From a bacterium (GTDB lineage: Bacteria; SM23-31): 64,000 nucleotides of DNA. This document shows positions 8,755 through 18,213 of the stretch, piece by piece. The position numbers were made by a program, and so were the translations under genes. Where the stretch lies: contig OZ252239.1 of assembly GCA_965249485.1 (NCBI GenBank), positions 3,643,587 through 3,707,586 of the forward strand, given 5' to 3'. How positions within the stretch are numbered: the stretch's first letter is position 1; the number at the start of each line of letters is the position of its first letter. The notes beneath the pieces were generated by a model, which saw only the letters and a list, made by a program, of their open reading frames with translations, did no database searches and was not told where the DNA came from.

Positions 8755-9870
8755 TTATGATTCCAGATCTGTTCTTATTTTCGGGGTTTTGGGTGGTGCT
8801 TCACCCTTCAAGGAAGCAACAATACGATCGACATGAATGTGGCAGTTCTCAATAAAGAGCCGGTAGGATTTCTGTGTCCCAGCCGCGGCTGTTCCAGCTA
8901 CGTAGAGACCGGGCACCGAAGTTTCCATTGTTCTCCTGTTAAATTCAGGAACATCCCACGGATTTTTCAGTTTTGCACCCACCTTTCTGAACAAGTGCAT
9001 GTCAGCTTTATAACCGGTAAGCAGTAAAACAAAGTCAGCAGTGGTTGTTTTTGTTCTACCACTTTTGAGGCTCTTGAGTGTTACCGTTTCGTCACGTATT
9101 TCGACAGGTACGGTCTCTTTAAAGAGAGTTATTTTCTTTTGCCTGATGAGACTTTCCAACTCCGGTAGTAACCAATATTTGACATGTTTTGGATTGAATT
9201 CATCACCACGATAGCTTATGGAAACTGAAGCTCCACAGTGATAGCACCGTAGTGCTGCTTCAACTGCGGAGTTCTTGCCTCCCACGACAAGTACGAGCTG
9301 ATTAAAATATTTATGCGGATCGTCAAAAAAATGAGAGACATGTGGCAGATTTTCACCAGGAATGTTGAGCAGCTTCGGTTCGTGCATGTCTCCGATAACA
9401 AGCACCACCTTTTTTGCTCTATAACGATACTTTTTCTTTTTACGTGTTGTTATGAGGAGAAATCTATTATCACTGTTTTTTTCTATGGAATCAACCGATT
9501 CGTATGTCCGGATTTCCAGTCCGAATTGCTGCACTACCGAACGCAGATATGCAAGATACTCTTCCTTTGTACATTTGGACTGATCAACCCGGGGTATCGG
9601 TATTCCGGGAATGGCAATTCTGTCTGCAGAACTGAAAAATCGCATAAAACGTGGAAACCAACTGATAGTCTGTGCAATTTGCCCTTTGTCAAACTGAATA
9701 TAATCAATCTTTTCTTTCTTGAATGCACGTGCGAGTTCAATTCCAATTGGCCCTGCACCTACTACCGCAACATCAGTTGACGTCGGTCTAATTGTCACTT
9801 CTCCCCAATAAAACAGCAATAATAATTTTTCATCATTACCTTCAATAATGAAAAATGCATAAATTGTCAT
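8755..9870 (-). CDS. FAD/NAD(P)-binding pyridine-nucleotide-disulfide-type oxidoreductase (YpdA/thioredoxin-reductase-like)
   Basis: Rossmann motif VAVVGAGPIGIELA near the N-terminus and a second GG-containing dinucleotide motif (VVGGKNSAVEAA). The true start is probably downstream of the annotated Met. Confidence 0.6.
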   Translation of the reverse strand: MTIYAFFIIEGNDEKLLLLFYWGEVTIRPTSTDVAVVGAGPIGIELARAFKKEKIDYIQFDKGQIAQTISWFPRFMRFFSSADRIAIPGIPIPRVDQSKCTKEEYLAYLRSVVQQFGLEIRTYESVDSIEKNSDNRFLLITTRKKKKYRYRAKKVVLVIGDMHEPKLLNIPGENLPHVSHFFDDPHKYFNQLVLVVGGKNSAVEAALRCYHCGASVSISYRGDEFNPKHVKYWLLPELESLIRQKKITLFKETVPVEIRDETVTLKSLKSGRTKTTTADFVLLLTGYKADMHLFRKVGAKLKNPWDVPEFNRRTMETSVPGLYVAGTAAAGTQKSYRLFIENCHIHVDRIVASLKGEAPPKTPKIRTDLES

Positions 9871-9960
9871 TCGAATTCAAGGCAAAAAAAGACCGGTTAA
9901 AAAAGTAATCGTTTAACCGGCTGATTCAAAAGGATTTCAATACTATGAAGAAGAATTGAA

Positions 9961-11253
9961 TTATCCCGGAATAAGATTGAGAATCTCTTTTATCGGCATG
10001 CATAAATCGTTCGCTTCATAAGAACGTTCATGTTCCAATATCGATTCTGCTGTTTTAATCATAGCCGGATAGGCGCTGCGAAGAAGGTGGTTTGCATAGA
10101 TGACTATGTTCGCGCCAGCAGATGATAATTCCGACTCGGTAATAGAATTATACGTTGAAGGAACCGCTACTAACGGGACGCGATTTTCAAACTTCTTGTA
10201 TTCGTCGCAAAATTCGAGAACCTCTTGTGGAGACTTTTCCTTGCTGTGAATCATGATCCCATCCGCACCTGCTTCAATAAATGCGTGAGCCCTTTTAAGA
10301 GCATCCTGCAAGCCGGCTTTTAGAATAAGACTCTCAATACGAGCAATTATCATGAAATCGTTTGTTACCTGGGCACGTTTTCCTTCGGAAATTTTACTCG
10401 AAAAATTATCAATTGAATCTTGCGTTTGTTCAACTTCTGTACCGAACAGTGAATTTCTCTTCAAGCCAATTTTGTCTTCAATAATCACAGCAGAAACTCC
10501 CAATCGTTCCAACGTGCGTACCATGAGGATAAAATGTTCAACATATCCGCCACTGTCTCCGTCATATATGATCGGCTTTGTTGAAACTTCCAATATTTGG
10601 TTCACTACATTTAATCTGCTTGTAAAATCTCCGAACTCAATATCAGCTTTACCTTTTGCGGTTGAATCTGTCAAACTGCTGATCCACATACCATCGAATT
10701 CTTTAATTTTGTCATCTTTTGTGACTTTTGTATGTTCCACTATTAATCCGGTCAGCCCGTTATGTGCTTCTAATATTCTGGTAACCGGTTTTACTTCTAT
10801 CATTCTCCGAAGCTGTCTCATCCTTACTTCTGGTGTTGTACCAATCTCGCGTACAGCTTCCTGAAGTATTTTGGAAGACACACCCTTTGTATAGGATGGC
10901 TCTACCAGTTCTCCACCCCATTCCTTGAGCACTTCAATTACTCGTTCTCTGGTTTTACTCATAAAACCAGTTTTCCAGTCATCGCCATGCACAACATAAT
11001 CTGGCTTCATTTTCCTTAGGTTATCATCATAATCAAAAGTCTCCTGCGGTACAACGTGAGCAACACCTTTGATATTTTCGACAATTATTCTTCGCTGATC
11101 GTATGTCAAAAGAGGAAATCTGTAATGTGAGGCAATCGCTTTATCAGTTAATAAGCCAATCGTAACCTCACCTAACTTTCGAGCTTCCTGTATTATGTTT
11201 AAATGACCATGGTGTAACAAATCAGCACTAATTGCTACATAGACTTTTTTCAA
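9961..11253 (-). CDS. Bifunctional cytidylyltransferase–phosphoenolpyruvate mutase (Fom1/PntC-Ppm-like fusion), copy A, intact
   Basis: 430 aa. N-terminal ~130 aa carry the HxGH nucleotidyltransferase motif ([10 protein letters not shown]). The C-terminal ~290 aa are from the ICL/PEP-mutase family, with the PEP-mutase signature [12 protein letters not shown]. Confidence 0.8.
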   Translation of the reverse strand: MKKVYVAISADLLHHGHLNIIQEARKLGEVTIGLLTDKAIASHYRFPLLTYDQRRIIVENIKGVAHVVPQETFDYDDNLRKMKPDYVVHGDDWKTGFMSKTRERVIEVLKEWGGELVEPSYTKGVSSKILQEAVREIGTTPEVRMRQLRRMIEVKPVTRILEAHNGLTGLIVEHTKVTKDDKIKEFDGMWISSLTDSTAKGKADIEFGDFTSRLNVVNQILEVSTKPIIYDGDSGGYVEHFILMVRTLERLGVSAVIIEDKIGLKRNSLFGTEVEQTQDSIDNFSSKISEGKRAQVTNDFMIIARIESLILKAGLQDALKRAHAFIEAGADGIMIHSKEKSPQEVLEFCDEYKKFENRVPLVAVPSTYNSITESELSSAGANIVIYANHLLRSAYPAMIKTAESILEHERSYEANDLCMPIKEILNLIPG

Positions 11254-11539
11254 TGTGAAACTCCAATAATATTAGAATGTCATTGAGACAAATTAAAGAA
11301 CGATTTAATAATACCACATTTTATTATTATTATAAATACGCAATACACTGAACAGAGTTTTCATCCACTGTACATTTCGCATTGTTGTGATTAAAATCAT
11401 GGAAAAAACAGCGGATTAATTCCTGTTAAATTATATAATGGTTTATAGAATATAAGACAAAAAACTATAAAACTGATTATATCACAGGAAAAATACTGTG
11501 ATATTTTTTAGTATTTTGTTTTTGTGTTTATGATTATCT

Positions 11540-11890
11540 TCATTTTATTTGTGCAGTTTTATCGCCCTCACTCAAAAGTATTTTATTCTCTTCTTGGAGA
11601 ACCTTACTAAAATATACACCAAAGATATTTAAAAATAATATTGGCCAGACATAAATATTTTGCTCAACTTTATAGATAGCTATTGTGATAAAAAATCCGA
11701 ACAGTGTAAATTCATAGAAAAGCATAGTATCAAAGACTTTTTTAAGCCAATAACCAATTGGTGTGCCTTTATCTCTAATCCTGGCAAGAGAGCCATCAAG
11801 ACAATCTAAAAAATGTTGTATTTCATTTATAACTCCAGCAATTATAAAACTTATATAGTTTGCCCGGAATATTAGATAAAATATCGTCAA
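11540..11890 (-). pseudogene. CDP-alcohol phosphatidyltransferase-family gene, N-terminally truncated paralog (copy A)
   Basis: 116 aa. Retains the DG(x2)AR(x8)G(x3)D signature (LDCLDGSLARIRDKGTPIGYWL). Lacks the ~70 N-terminal residues present in the 235-aa paralog at 16126–16833, and an upstream in-frame stop confirms the truncation. Confidence 0.5.
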
Positions 11891-12026
11891 AGCAAAAACT
11901 GTCTAAAAATTGTAATCTGATTGGGAGTTATCCGGGAATTTTTCATTAAAAGAGCAACTTTTCTTGCCGATCTTTCAAAAATATCCTTTCTTTCATCAGG
12001 AGAACCAAATATTACCGGAAATCGCA

Positions 12027-13478
12027 TTATTGTTTTTCTCCAATTAATTCAGCAAGTACTACTCTGTCATTATGGTCAAATCCTTTTAGGAGCAATAAAA
12101 TTAATGTAAATAATAAAAGTCCGAATATGATTGTTATATAATAAGAAAAAGACATCCCAAAAATCACAATCAGTATTCCAGAGGATGCCACAATCGGTTT
12201 AATCATATTTTTGAATGCCGTTATAATAAGTAATCTTATATCAGAAATGAATATCCCGGTAATGATAATTGAAATGTACGAAAATACTACTGCTAATGAT
12301 GCTCCAATGATTCCAAACGCTGGAATAAGTAAGATATTTAGTAAAATAAACAAACTCCCGCTTATTAATTCTAATACTAATGGGTACATTTGTTTATCGC
12401 TTGCTATTAAAGTTGAGTTTAAAAATACAGATACAAAAATAAATACAAGTGAAAACATCAATATCTGCGCAGGGATAACGGCCATAATATATTGCTCTTT
12501 AAAAAGGAACACAATTATATTTTCCATATATACGTAAAAATATATCATAATGGGAATTGCAAGTATAGTTAAATATTTTATGGAAAGACCAAAGACATTC
12601 ATAAATACATCACGATTTTCAATGTATTTTTTAGCAAGAACAGGTGCCAATGTAATATTAAGAATAGCAGGGATAACGGTGAATACTGCTGGGATTCTCC
12701 ATGCAACAGAAAAAAGTGCAACCTGATCCGAAGTCATATAAAATTCGATGATCAGAACAGCAACATTTAACTTGATTATATAAAAAACGGCACTTAACAA
12801 AATTGGAAATGATTTCTTGAGGAGATTAAGGAATTCCGTTATATTAATACTGAAGCGGGGCCGTGGAAATAACTTTAAATAGAAAAGAGCAATACATATA
12901 AAACCCGGTAGGTCACAAAGTCCCACAGCCAGAATTAAATAATAAAATGAGCTATTACTTGTAAAAATAATCCATATTGAAGCAAGAAATATCAATCTGC
13001 CAAGAATGTTGAATAAGACTATATACATTATCTTAAAATTAACAACATACATTATTTCCCATATTTTTCTAAATGATTTGATTTTTGCAGAAAATAAAAT
13101 AAAAGGTGTGGCGATTAAGATTAGTCTGGTAGTTTCGGAAGTGTAACCAAACTGAGAATGTAACAAAAGAAATATGCTATAAGAAATGATAATTAGTATG
13201 ATACTGAAAAGTCCAGCAAATGTGAGACAAATACCCATTAATTGTGAGGATAAAGAAGTGTTTCGTGCAATTTCTCGCTGAATAATACTCGTCATACCAA
13301 AATCAGCAAAAACAGCAAATAATGTAAGATAAGCGATAATGAAATTATACTGACCGAATTGATCTTGTGAAAGGAAACGACTCAACCAAATAAATATATA
13401 AAGCTCAATTATTCGTGTAATAATGCTTTCAGAGAGAAAAAGAAGGGAATTTTTTGCTGCAACTCTAACATGAGCCAT
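12027..13478 (-). CDS. Polysaccharide biosynthesis/export protein, MOP-superfamily Wzx-like flippase
   Basis: 483 aa with ~12–14 TM helices. N-terminal region is typical of the PST family. Confidence 0.7.
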   Translation of the reverse strand: MAHVRVAAKNSLLFLSESIITRIIELYIFIWLSRFLSQDQFGQYNFIIAYLTLFAVFADFGMTSIIQREIARNTSLSSQLMGICLTFAGLFSIILIIISYSIFLLLHSQFGYTSETTRLILIATPFILFSAKIKSFRKIWEIMYVVNFKIMYIVLFNILGRLIFLASIWIIFTSNSSFYYLILAVGLCDLPGFICIALFYLKLFPRPRFSINITEFLNLLKKSFPILLSAVFYIIKLNVAVLIIEFYMTSDQVALFSVAWRIPAVFTVIPAILNITLAPVLAKKYIENRDVFMNVFGLSIKYLTILAIPIMIYFYVYMENIIVFLFKEQYIMAVIPAQILMFSLVFIFVSVFLNSTLIASDKQMYPLVLELISGSLFILLNILLIPAFGIIGASLAVVFSYISIIITGIFISDIRLLIITAFKNMIKPIVASSGILIVIFGMSFSYYITIIFGLLLFTLILLLLKGFDHNDRVVLAELIGEKQ

Positions 13479-13598
13479 AATATAAATCTATAAATTTATT
13501 GATTAATATTGACATAATTGTGTTCAGCAATTTGAATTTAGTTAATAATTTGCTATTTCAAGAAATTAGTTTCAAATTATATGAAAAATAATTGTTAG

Positions 13599-14735
13599 TT
13601 ACATTATATCTAATAATAGTGTTTTTATTTTTTTCTTTGTTATTATTCTTGGATTATTCTTCAACCTTTGCGTATTAATGTTCTTAGCAATTTTTTCAAT
13701 GTCATAATTAGAACGTATTCCAAGTTCAGTCAGTTTTGTAGACAATCCGATATTACACATCATTTTTTTTATTTTAATCTTTATATCACTAACCCCGGTA
13801 ATATCCATTAAAGTACTCAGTTCTTTAATAACACTTTTTACATATTCTACGCCTCGAGCATCAATAACATCTTGGGATGACACATTACTATTGTAAATAA
13901 ATATTGGAGTTAAAGTAAGTGCCACTGCATGTCCATGCGGAATATTATAGTATGAGGTCATAGGATAGGAAATAGCATGTAGTGCAGTTGTTTTAGTAAT
14001 ATTGATTGCTTTTCCCGAAAGGTGAGATGCATTTAACATCACTTCAGCGGTATCCCTCGTAGGATTGTTTACCGCGCATTCAATTGTCCCTAAAATCTGT
14101 TTAATTGCTTGTTTAGAATAAATTTTTGATTCATCAGTTGAATGTATACTCCAATATGATTCAATAGCTTGGCAAAGAGCATCCATACCAGAAGCAGCCG
14201 CAACTTGTTTAGGCATATTAACACAAAACTGGGGATCTAATAGGGCAACATCAGGCTGAATACATTCATGCATAATTGAGTATTTTTTATACCCATCATA
14301 TATAACTGCAAAGTGTGTTGATTCACTACCAGAACCCGAAGTAGTTGGTATTGCTATAATAGGAACTTTTTTTTTTATAATCTTTTTATTAGATCGGATA
14401 AAATCTTGCACTCCTAAAGATTGTACAGCAAGCACACTAATCAACTTTGCCATATCTATCACACTACCACCACCGATAGCAACGATTATATCCTGATTAT
14501 CTTTTTTAAAAAGTGTTACTCCTCTTTGCACATCTTCAATTTTTGGATTAATTTCAAAATCAAAAAACTTATGAACGATGTAAGAATTTAATACTTTACT
14601 TACAACTTTTTCAGCACCGCTACTTTTAAATGAATTGTTTCCAGTAACAAGAAAAACATTTTTGCACTTAAAGGATTCAAGTATACTTTTCAAATGTATA
14701 ATACTATTATATCCTGAGATTTCTGTTTGATTCAT
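13599..14735 (-). CDS. Iron-containing (group III) alcohol dehydrogenase; candidate phosphonoacetaldehyde reductase (FomC/PhpC-like)
   Basis: 378 aa. Fe-ADH motifs GGGSVIDMAK and the His-rich metal site (HGHAVA). Located between PEP-mutase copies and the phosphonopyruvate decarboxylase. Confidence 0.7.
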   Translation of the reverse strand: MNQTEISGYNSIIHLKSILESFKCKNVFLVTGNNSFKSSGAEKVVSKVLNSYIVHKFFDFEINPKIEDVQRGVTLFKKDNQDIIVAIGGGSVIDMAKLISVLAVQSLGVQDFIRSNKKIIKKKVPIIAIPTTSGSGSESTHFAVIYDGYKKYSIMHECIQPDVALLDPQFCVNMPKQVAAASGMDALCQAIESYWSIHSTDESKIYSKQAIKQILGTIECAVNNPTRDTAEVMLNASHLSGKAINITKTTALHAISYPMTSYYNIPHGHAVALTLTPIFIYNSNVSSQDVIDARGVEYVKSVIKELSTLMDITGVSDIKIKIKKMMCNIGLSTKLTELGIRSNYDIEKIAKNINTQRLKNNPRIITKKKIKTLLLDIM

Positions 14736-14786
14736 CCGCGCTAACTCTTACATATATTATTAATAATTTAAGGAATTGTATATTAA

Positions 14787-15606
14787 TTAAGCATATAACT
14801 TGAGGAGATCATTAATTGAAATACACTTTTTTTCTGCTTCCAAAGATCGTCCATTAAGAAGAATTGTTTCAGCAGTTTTTTTCATGATTGGATATGCACT
14901 TCTAAGAAGTTGATTTGCATATATAACAATATTCACTCCTAATTCTTTTAATGCAGTTTCTGTTAGATTGTTATATTTTGTAGAAATTGCGACAAGGGGA
15001 ACCCGTTTTTCAATTTGAGAATATTCCTGATAAAATGAGAGGATTTGCTGAGGAGTTTTTTCATTACTGTGGATCATGATTCCATCTGCACCAGCCTCGA
15101 TATAAGCATGTGCTCTTTTCAAAGCACCGTTTAAATCAGATCCGTGAATTAGACTTTCAATTCGACCAATAATCATAAAATCATTTGTGATCTGAGCTTG
15201 TTTCCCTTGAGATATTTTATAATGAAAAACTTTCAATAGAATCTTGAGTTTTTTTAAAGCCAGATTTCATTAATGAATTCTTTTTTAAAACTATTTGGTC
15301 ATCAATTATGACTGCTGTAACACCCATTCGTTCTAAAGTTTTTACTATATGAACAAATTGTTCTGGATGGACACCCCTATCTCCTTCAAAAATTGTCGGT
15401 TTTGTAGACGCTTTTAAAATTTGATTGGTAGTTTCAATTCTTGAAGAAAAATCGACATGCTCAAAATCTACTTTACCTTTTGAAAGACAGACAGTTTGGT
15501 TGCTAATCCAAATTCCATCAAATTCCTTAATAATATTATCAACTGTTACTCTGGTGTTTTCAACGATTAATCCTGAAATGCCGTTATGAGCTTCTAATAT
15601 TCGCAC
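14787..15606 (-). pseudogene. PEP mutase domain remnant (copy B), disrupted by a frameshift; EDK motif changed to DDQ
   Basis: Two overlapping ORFs, 15217–15606 and 14787–15236, in different frames. Together they align end-to-end with the C-terminal PEP-mutase part of copy A. The catalytic-loop sequence reads IIDDQIVLKKNSL where copy A has [13 protein letters not shown]. Confidence 0.6.
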
Positions 15607-15633
15607 AAATTTATTGGTCTGGAGTATTTTCCT

Positions 15634-16077
15634 TTATTTTTTTACTTTAGGGTTTTGTGGGATACCTAACACTCTTATTTTTTCATTCAGCAGTGTCGAG
15701 GATATTCCAGGAGTATATGGTATCTCAACTAATTCCCCATTCCACTCTTTTAAAGTATGTATAACTCGTGCTCTAATTTCTTTCTGTACTCCAGTTTTCC
15801 AATCATCGCCATGGACAACATAGTCGGGTTTCATTTTTCTTATATTCGGAATATAATCAAGCGTTTTCTGGGGTAGAACGTTTATAACTCCTTTGATACT
15901 TTGAATAACTGTTTTTCTTTGTTCATATGACATATAAGGCAATCGTTTGTAACCTGCAATCGCTTCATCAGTCAACAATCCTATTGTTACTTCTCCCAAT
16001 TTTCGAGCATGATTGATAATATTTATATGTCCGGGATGAATGAGATCAGCACTCATTCCAACGTAAACTTTCTTCAT
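15634..16077 (-). CDS. Cytidylyltransferase domain protein (copy B), severed from its PEP-mutase domain by an in-frame TAA
   Basis: 147 aa, ~70% identical to the N-domain of copy A, with the HxGH motif IHPGHINII. The TAA at 15634–15636 is in frame with the downstream mutase remnant. The linker is homologous to the copy-A interdomain linker. Confidence 0.6.
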   Translation of the reverse strand: MKKVYVGMSADLIHPGHINIINHARKLGEVTIGLLTDEAIAGYKRLPYMSYEQRKTVIQSIKGVINVLPQKTLDYIPNIRKMKPDYVVHGDDWKTGVQKEIRARVIHTLKEWNGELVEIPYTPGISSTLLNEKIRVLGIPQNPKVKK

Positions 16078-16125
16078 TCGAATTTTCTGTGATTATTGAA
16101 TAATGTGTTTAAATTATATTTATAA

Positions 16126-16833
16126 TTATGTATATCTTTGCTCTTTGAAGTGAAGTACTGTTAAACTTGCATACCTTAACCACTGGATTTGTCTGAAAAC
16201 GGCAATTACTATCATTGCTATTAGAAGAGGATTTATTTTAAGATATGAATAGAGTGGTTCGTAAAATATCATACAAAAATAGATAAACTGTGGGTACCAT
16301 ATAAAGATTTTAAAAATCAATTTGCTGAATTTGCTTCTTTTCTTATCCTGGATTACAATATCTTTTCTACTCCGGTTTTTTAAATTTATATATGCGTCTA
16401 AAAATATTTCTTTAAATAGAAATCCAAAAGTATTAAAAAATAACACTAACCATATTATCGGATTATTTTCGATTTTATAAATTGCTAAGGACAAAAAGAA
16501 TCCAAATAGGCTAAAATCACTAAACAACAATAAATCCACCTTCATTTCCAACCAATATCCAAATTTAGTTTCCATTTTATTTAGTCTTGCCAGTTGTCCA
16601 TCAACGCAATCTAAAAGATAGTGGAATTCACAAAGTATTCCGGCAATTATAAAATATTGATATTCTGCTTTATAAAGCAAAAAATACAGTACTATTGATA
16701 GTGGTTGTCTGAATAATGTTACATGATTAGGCTTTATCTTAGTATTTTTTAAATAATAAGCAATTTTTTTTCCGCATTTGTTAAAGACACTGACTCTGTC
16801 TGCAGGATTTCCAAAAATTGTTGGGAACTTCAT
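16126..16833 (-). CDS. CDP-alcohol phosphatidyltransferase-family membrane protein (full length, copy B)
   Basis: 235 aa. Signature LDCVDGQLARLNKMETKFGYWLE. Multiple TM helices. Confidence 0.65.
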   Translation of the reverse strand: MKFPTIFGNPADRVSVFNKCGKKIAYYLKNTKIKPNHVTLFRQPLSIVLYFLLYKAEYQYFIIAGILCEFHYLLDCVDGQLARLNKMETKFGYWLEMKVDLLLFSDFSLFGFFLSLAIYKIENNPIIWLVLFFNTFGFLFKEIFLDAYINLKNRSRKDIVIQDKKRSKFSKLIFKIFIWYPQFIYFCMIFYEPLYSYLKINPLLIAMIVIAVFRQIQWLRYASLTVLHFKEQRYT

Positions 16834-16953
16834 ATTTTCCTCAAAAATATCTATCGCATTAATTACTCAGACAATCTTGCAGAATACCAGAATCCTTGAT
16901 GACTCACAAAACTCGCAAATATTATTAAGATAAATCCCCAAAAAAAACTTAAT

Positions 16954-17514
16954 TTATATTAAAGAGTTTCTTAGTTGATCTTTTATTTTCTCTGGGGTAT
17001 GACTAACGCGTGCTATTCCCTTGATATTTCCGGATTCCACATTAATCTGCACACAGATCGGACCGTTATTACTTATGATATTTTGAAAATATCTTTCTAA
17101 CTCACTTAATTCTGAAATCGTATTTACTGATACATATCCGGAGCTTTTTGCTATATCCGCAAGGTTAATATCTGAAGTAATGGTTTTCTGCCCGCCGGTC
17201 GAGCTGTACACCTGATTGTCAAAAATTATATGGTAATAGTTTTTAAGTTGCAAAAATCCGGCTAGTGGGAAATTCCCAAGATTCATGAGTGCACTACCGT
17301 CCCCATCAAATACAAAAACCGGAATATCCGGTTTATTAAGAGCAATGCCTATTCCTATAGATGAAGCATACCCCATAGATCCGATCATATAAAAATTGTT
17401 TGCCCTGTCATTGAGCGTAAACACTTCTCGGGAAATCATTCCTGTTGTACATATGATCGGTGCATTGTCAGGTAACACTTTAAAAATAACTTGTAACGCT
17501 TCTATTTTATTCAT
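16954..17514 (-). CDS. Phosphonopyruvate (or sulfopyruvate) decarboxylase, beta subunit (TPP-binding C-terminal domain)
   Basis: 186 aa. TPP-binding GDG…N motif (VFVFDGDGSALMNLGNF). Immediately downstream of the alpha subunit. Confidence 0.7.
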   Translation of the reverse strand: MNKIEALQVIFKVLPDNAPIICTTGMISREVFTLNDRANNFYMIGSMGYASSIGIGIALNKPDIPVFVFDGDGSALMNLGNFPLAGFLQLKNYYHIIFDNQVYSSTGGQKTITSDINLADIAKSSGYVSVNTISELSELERYFQNIISNNGPICVQINVESGNIKGIARVSHTPEKIKDQLRNSLI

Positions 17515-17537
17515 GTCATTTTTAAATCAAATAATAT

Positions 17538-18026
17538 TCAGTCAATTATATTATCTTTTAAGATAGCAGCCACGGGAACCTGTTTTTCGTCCATAACTGC
17601 TATAAGCTCCGAAAAAACAGATTCAATATTATCCTTTTCGAATATTTTATAGGGTATCTTCATTAATTTCAAAAAATTTAACATCTCAGCGCCCATAATG
17701 ATGTGTTCAGGTGCGTCCTTCCCTTGATAGCCTCTCCAGGAAATGATCATGAATACTGGAATTTTGTATATTAAATTGAGAGAAGTAAGTCCATTAACCA
17801 CATTGCCAAGTCCAGAGTTTTGGATTAGTATTCCAGACCTTCTACCCGAAAAATAACCGCCCGTAGCGATTCCCAACGCCCCATCTTCTCTTGTTGCAGG
17901 GATATATGTAAAATCGGAATCGTTCTCAATTTCAATTAAAATTTTCTTGAATATCGAGCACGGAACACCGGAAAGAAATGTTAATCCGTATTTTTTTAAG
18001 TGTGAAGAAAATTCATTTGAATTCAT
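17538..18026 (-). CDS. Phosphonopyruvate (or sulfopyruvate) decarboxylase, alpha subunit (TPP-enzyme N-terminal domain)
   Basis: 162 aa of ComD/Ppd-alpha-like sequence (ATREDGALGIATGGYFSG…ILIQNSGLGN). Clusters with the PEP mutase. Confidence 0.7.
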   Translation of the reverse strand: MNSNEFSSHLKKYGLTFLSGVPCSIFKKILIEIENDSDFTYIPATREDGALGIATGGYFSGRRSGILIQNSGLGNVVNGLTSLNLIYKIPVFMIISWRGYQGKDAPEHIIMGAEMLNFLKLMKIPYKIFEKDNIESVFSELIAVMDEKQVPVAAILKDNIID

Positions 18027-18213
18027 CGCTTTATATAATAATTAATATTGATCCTATAATATAGCGTAGGTAATGAATGGTGTTAAGTGTAAAAAATAAT
18101 TGAATCAATATCAAGGATATATCACGTTCTGACCAGACATTCTGAAACAAAATCTATTTTTTTCAACATAATATTCGGGAAAGACAAGGAGAGGCAAGTA
18201 CAAGTGCTATATT

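Noticed and set aside
15634-15636. The in-frame TAA between the copy-B cytidylyltransferase and mutase, considered as programmed readthrough or selenocysteine recoding
   Set aside because: The codon is TAA, not TGA, and no SECIS-like hairpin follows it. The same gene also carries a downstream frameshift and an altered catalytic motif, so simple pseudogenisation is the more economical explanation.
16954-18026. The two-subunit TPP decarboxylase considered as ComDE sulfopyruvate decarboxylase (coenzyme M biosynthesis)
   Set aside because: It lies in the same orientation as PEP mutase, Fe-ADH and cytidylyltransferase genes, with no ComA/B/C-like genes nearby. Phosphonopyruvate decarboxylase is the contextually consistent call. 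A ComDE identity cannot be excluded without a phylogeny.
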